Source: a virus
Lineage: Duplodnaviria; Caudoviricetes
Direction: 5' to 3' (one strand)
Length of the DNA: 57,324 nt
IMG/VR virus record: IMGVR_UViG_3300029318_000006
Coordinates: 1-57,324 of that record
The notes beneath the pieces are model-generated. The model did no database searches. It saw only the letters and a list, made by a program, of their open reading frames with translations, and had not been told where the DNA came from. The translations under genes and the position numbers were made by a program. Position 1 is the first letter of the stretch. Every line of letters begins with the position of its first letter. Of the stretch, positions 53,174-57,324 are shown in pieces.

Positions 53174-56100
53174 ATGTCAGCAAAGTATAAAAGTCCAAGT
53201 TTTTTATTACCTAACGAGTTAAATACCTCAGCTAACCCTAGTTTGTCAGCAAATAGAGCTAGTAACTATTCTATGGATTTTAATGGAAGTTCAGATTATA
53301 TAAATGCTGGTCAAAGTTTAAATATATATGGCTCACAACCAAGAACTATTTCTTGTTGGTTTAATATAAATTCTTTTGCAACAACATCTGCTGGAGATGG
53401 TTCAAACTTACTTGGCTATGGCACTGCAACTAATTCATCAGCATTTTCTCTTGCAGTTGCAAAATATCCAAACAATCCTACTCATAGAATTTTTTTACAC
53501 GTTTATAATAGTACTAATGATATTTCAGGCACTACTCAAATTTTAGAAAATAATTGGTATTTAGCAACAGCAACTTATGATGGCTCAACTTTAAAACTTT
53601 ACTTAAATGGTAATTTAGAAGGTAGTTCAAGCACTTCAAGTTTAAATACAGCAACATCAGATTTTATTATTGGACAAGGTGTTTTTAGTACTTGGAATAC
53701 TTTAAATGGCAAAATAGACGAAGTAGCTATATTTAACAGAGCTTTAGATTCTACTGAAATAGCTGCACTATATGATGGTTCAGGGTCTAATATAAGACCT
53801 TCTAACTTAATGGCTACAGATTTAAATCCTATAGCTTATTATCCATTAGGTGAGCAAGCGCAAATGCAGGGTTACTTAGGTAATGAAGCAAGTAGTGAAT
53901 GGCAATTTCCAAATGGTGTATTGCAAGATTATGTAATGGATTTTGATGGATCAAACGATTTTATAGATGTTTCTAACTTTTCAAGTGTTATAACTAATGG
54001 TAATATTACACTGTCAATGTGGTTTAAAACTTCTTCAACATCACAACAATATTTAATAGCAACTTCTCAAACATACGGAACATCTTGTAGTTTATTTATG
54101 CCGAGTAATGGTTCGGGTCAATTATGGTTTAGAAGAGGTAACAACACAAGTGGCGGTGAAGTTACTTGTAAAACATCCAGTGGTTATAATGATGGAAAAT
54201 GGCATAATGTAATTTGTACTTCAGATTCAAATATGAAAATTTATGTTGATGGAGCGCTAGACATTCAAGCAACTACTTCTACTCCAACAGTTTCTGATAG
54301 TCAGTTTTTAACTATTGCTGGAAATGGAGGCTCAGGTACTTATTTTTTTGATGGTGAAATTTCTAATGTAGCTATATGGAAAACAGCAATTACAGACTCT
54401 GCTGAAATAGCTAACATATACAACAACGGATTTCCTCAAACAACTTATACAGTTACTCCACAAAACTGGTGGAAACTAAATGCAGATTCTGTTTATACGC
54501 CTAGTGCACCTAATTATATAACGGCTTTAGATTTTGATGGTCAAAGCACTACAAATGTAGTAGTAAGTAACTCTACATCTCAAGTAAATGCTTTGTCTAT
54601 GTGGTTCAAGCCTGATTCTACTATAACAAATTCATCTGGAATGGAGCATTTAATAAGTTTTAATAGCTCTATATATACTCCTGGCGGTATTAAAGTAGGT
54701 CTACCTTCACACATTCTAGGGGTACAGCCTGTAACTACTGGAACAGGAACATCAACAGGAAGCTTCTATAATCAAAATAACATATCTGCAGATTGGCATC
54801 ATTTAGTTATTAATTGGGATGGTACAAAATATGCAATATATTTAGATAACCAAAGTTTAACTATAAGTCTTACTGGTAATCAAAGTTTGCTTACTCTTAC
54901 TGATGGCTTAGTAATAGGTAATAGAACTAATTTAACCAATCCTTTTAATGGTGAAATTTCAAATGTTGCTATATTTAATTCTAGTTTAACAGATTCTCAA
55001 ATTTCAACTTTATTTAATTTTGGTACTCCAGAAACTAATATATCTTTTTCTCCAACTGCTTGGTGGAAACTAGATAATACAACAACTGGAATACAAGATA
55101 GTTCAGGTAATGGAAATAACGGAACTAATAACGGTGCAACACAAGTAAGTAGCTCTGTCGCTGTCGTTCCATCTTGGAAAATACCAAGTGTATTACCTAT
55201 TACATCTACACCTAATTATACAACAGCTTTAGAGTTTAACTATAAAGATAGCATAGCATTTGGAAACTCAATAGGTAATTTAATAGGAGACAATTACACA
55301 GGAGGTCTTAGTTTTTCATTTTGGTTAAACCCATCAACAACTAACAGTGATGATGGTGTTTTTAATTTCGCAAACAATCGAATATCTTTTGTAGTAAGAG
55401 CTAATAAATTCATACTATATTCATCAAGTTGTACTAATGGGCAGTGTTTTAGTTATAATTATACTAATCCAAACAATGAATGGGCACATTGTGTTATTTC
55501 TTTTTTACCTTCTGGTTCATCATTTTACTTAAATGGTAAGTCTGTAGCAAATTGGACTTATACTGATTTAAATATTAATGGAAAAGATTTTCACATGGGT
55601 TGGTATTCTAGCATAAATTATTATTATGTTGGTAAGTTAAGTAATTTTCAAATATGGAATACAAATTTGTCTGAAACAGATGCGCAAACACTCTATAATG
55701 CCGGCACGCCAATAGCCAACTTATCTGGTATACCTCAAAACTCTAATCTTATTTCTTGGTGGAAATTAAATGATGCAGGCTCTACAATAATAGATTCTGC
55801 TGGAAATAATAATGGAAGCTATAGTTATAATTCAGCTACACTAGTTGCATCTGATGTATTAACTCCTCAACCATTAAATGGAGTAAGTACAACTTTACCA
55901 AGCACAGCTTTACAACAAAGTAATTTACAATTTGATTCACCTTATAGTAACTATAGTTTAAGTTTTGATGGAGCAGGAGATTATATAAGCGCAAGTGCTT
56001 CTAACTTACCTACATCAGATTATACTTTTTCTGCTTGGGTTAAAATTAGTTCTTTTGGTGATTATGGTATTTTAGGTTATGGAGATTATAGTTCTGTAAG

Positions 56101-57324
56101 AGGTTCAAATGCTTTTAGATTTTCATCTACAGAATTAAAAAATTATTGGTACGGAGATGATTTTAATCATACCGTAAAAAACAACCAGGATCCTGATATA
56201 TATGGAATTTTAAATAATTGGACTCACGTTGTTGTAACTTACGACAGTTCAATAGGAACTTATGGGCAGCGAGTAATGTATTTAAATGGCAATCAAATAG
56301 CTACAAATAACCCTACTGGAGCGGCAGCATTTAATTTACAAAATTTTACTATTGGTAGAACAAGACATCCAAGCTCTCCTGAAGATTTTAATGGAAAAAT
56401 TGATGAAACTTCAATATTTAATTATGCATTATCACCTGCTCAAGTACTAGAAATATATAATAATGGTAAACCAAACGATTTAAGTGCTCTCTCTGGAACT
56501 GCACCTATTTCTTGGTGGAGACTTGGTGAAAATGCTTATTTTGACAACAACTCATTTGTTGTACCTAACTCAATACCTGGAGCACCTAATGGAACTGGAG
56601 CTGGAACTACTACCACAATGATTTCAGCTGATGCACCTGGAACTTATGCAAATGGTATAGGAGAAAATTTAGATATCCTAGATCGTGTAGGAGATGCTCC
56701 TTTGTCAACCTCTAACTCCCAGAGTTATAATATGATTCCAGATGATAAAGTACCTTATGTACCTGGATATGTTGGTTTGCAAACTAGCAATATTTATTCG
56801 ATGTCATTTGATGCGGCTAGTAATACTTCTTTTAATGCTGGTAATTCAAGCATTTTAAGTTTTGAAAGAACAAATGCATTTACTATTTCAGCTTGGGTAA
56901 AAACTAACGCTACCTCTACACAAGTGATATTAAATAAATTAATTTCAAACGTTGGTTATCAATTTTTTATTAATAGTGCTGGTAATTTAGGGTTTTATGC
57001 TCAGCAATCAGCAAGTGTTTATATACAGAAAAATTCAACAGCAACATTTAATAATAATTCTTGGCATCACGTAGTAGTTACTTACGATGGTTCATCTAAT
57101 AGAAGTGGAATTTTACTATATGAAAATGGTAACGCAGCAGCGACAACAGATATTGGTTCTGCTTCTTTGAATGCTACTATAATTAATACAGCCAGCGTAA
57201 ATATAGGTAGTTCATTTACTGGCGAAATAGACGAAGTAGCAATATGGGATACAGCTTTAAATGCTGGACAAATATTTAATGATTTATACCAACCGACTGC
57301 AACTGCAACTAATAAAACAGCAGA
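53174..57324 (+). CDS. Giant multi-LamG lectin-domain protein (at least 6 domains), 3'-truncated
   Basis: ATG 53174 (MSAKYKSPSFLLPNE); frame appears open to the window end (1383 codons; no stop-terminated ORF listed here). Six SMDFDG...WxH...GxIDEVAIFN...WWKL-type units. Confidence 0.8.
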   Translation, partial: MSAKYKSPSFLLPNELNTSANPSLSANRASNYSMDFNGSSDYINAGQSLNIYGSQPRTISCWFNINSFATTSAGDGSNLLGYGTATNSSAFSLAVAKYPNNPTHRIFLHVYNSTNDISGTTQILENNWYLATATYDGSTLKLYLNGNLEGSSSTSSLNTATSDFIIGQGVFSTWNTLNGKIDEVAIFNRALDSTEIAALYDGSGSNIRPSNLMATDLNPIAYYPLGEQAQMQGYLGNEASSEWQFPNGVLQDYVMDFDGSNDFIDVSNFSSVITNGNITLSMWFKTSSTSQQYLIATSQTYGTSCSLFMPSNGSGQLWFRRGNNTSGGEVTCKTSSGYNDGKWHNVICTSDSNMKIYVDGALDIQATTSTPTVSDSQFLTIAGNGGSGTYFFDGEISNVAIWKTAITDSAEIANIYNNGFPQTTYTVTPQNWWKLNADSVYTPSAPNYITALDFDGQSTTNVVVSNSTSQVNALSMWFKPDSTITNSSGMEHLISFNSSIYTPGGIKVGLPSHILGVQPVTTGTGTSTGSFYNQNNISADWHHLVINWDGTKYAIYLDNQSLTISLTGNQSLLTLTDGLVIGNRTNLTNPFNGEISNVAIFNSSLTDSQISTLFNFGTPETNISFSPTAWWKLDNTTTGIQDSSGNGNNGTNNGATQVSSSVAVVPSWKIPSVLPITSTPNYTTALEFNYKDSIAFGNSIGNLIGDNYTGGLSFSFWLNPSTTNSDDGVFNFANNRISFVVRANKFILYSSSCTNGQCFSYNYTNPNNEWAHCVISFLPSGSSFYLNGKSVANWTYTDLNINGKDFHMGWYSSINYYYVGKLSNFQIWNTNLSETDAQTLYNAGTPIANLSGIPQNSNLISWWKLNDAGSTIIDSAGNNNGSYSYNSATLVASDVLTPQPLNGVSTTLPSTALQQSNLQFDSPYSNYSLSFDGAGDYISASASNLPTSDYTFSAWVKISSFGDYGILGYGDYSSVRGSNAFRFSSTELKNYWYGDDFNHTVKNNQDPDIYGILNNWTHVVVTYDSSIGTYGQRVMYLNGNQIATNNPTGAAAFNLQNFTIGRTRHPSSPEDFNGKIDETSIFNYALSPAQVLEIYNNGKPNDLSALSGTAPISWWRLGENAYFDNNSFVVPNSIPGAPNGTGAGTTTTMISADAPGTYANGIGENLDILDRVGDAPLSTSNSQSYNMIPDDKVPYVPGYVGLQTSNIYSMSFDAASNTSFNAGNSSILSFERTNAFTISAWVKTNATSTQVILNKLISNVGYQFFINSAGNLGFYAQQSASVYIQKNSTATFNNNSWHHVVVTYDGSSNRSGILLYENGNAAATTDIGSASLNATIINTASVNIGSSFTGEIDEVAIWDTALNAGQIFNDLYQPTATATNKTA

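Noticed and set aside
57300-57324. Circular closure fusing the 53174 ORF with 1..930
   Set aside because: The join shifts frame and stops after 9 codons; no terminal overlap is visible.
50659-57324. Diversity-generating retroelement acting on lectin domains
   Set aside because: No reverse transcriptase and no TR/VR pair differing only at adenines was seen.
1-57324. Stop-codon reassignment as in some crAss-like phages
   Set aside because: Long genes are intact under code 11; TAA, TAG and TGA all end genes at sensible places; no suppressor tRNA was seen.

Overview
AT-rich, near-complete genome of a tailed dsDNA phage, most likely podovirus-like and infecting a (marine) Bacteroidota/Flavobacteriia host. 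Host evidence: about ten TAnnTTTG -7 promoter elements, no Shine-Dalgarno sequences, and A-rich AATCAA-ATG starts. The + strand runs 44.4-57.3 kb and then 1-29.3 kb. It carries GroEL/GroES, many small basic proteins, multi-LamG lectin proteins, a lysis cassette (M15 peptidase), a tandem GroES-like protein, TerS/TerL, portal, scaffold, major capsid, ring/nozzle tail proteins, three probable ejection proteins and an HNH nuclease. The - strand (43.4 down to 29.3 kb) carries early small ORFs, a Gp88-like protein, a C5 DNA methyltransferase, a DnaA-domain-IV-like HTH, a Sak3/Exo/SSB recombination module, a primase-helicase, an SF2 helicase, DUF1599 and VRR-NUC. I saw no DNA polymerase, integrase, tRNA or CRISPR array. 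The contig breaks inside the LamG gene cluster and its ends do not join in frame. Top candidates for novelty: (1) a T4 gene-32-like H-type RNA pseudoknot directly upstream of the SSB gene; (2) two paralogous TGACG-iteron/IHF origin-like elements with conserved spacing; (3) a three-part chaperonin set (GroEL, GroES, tandem GroES); (4) a stand-alone peptide resembling the redox C-tail of ribonucleotide reductase; (5) a 51-aa peptide ending in an outer-membrane beta-signal; (6) LamG modules sharing exact DNA anchors. All product calls come from motif recognition by eye; no database searches were run.
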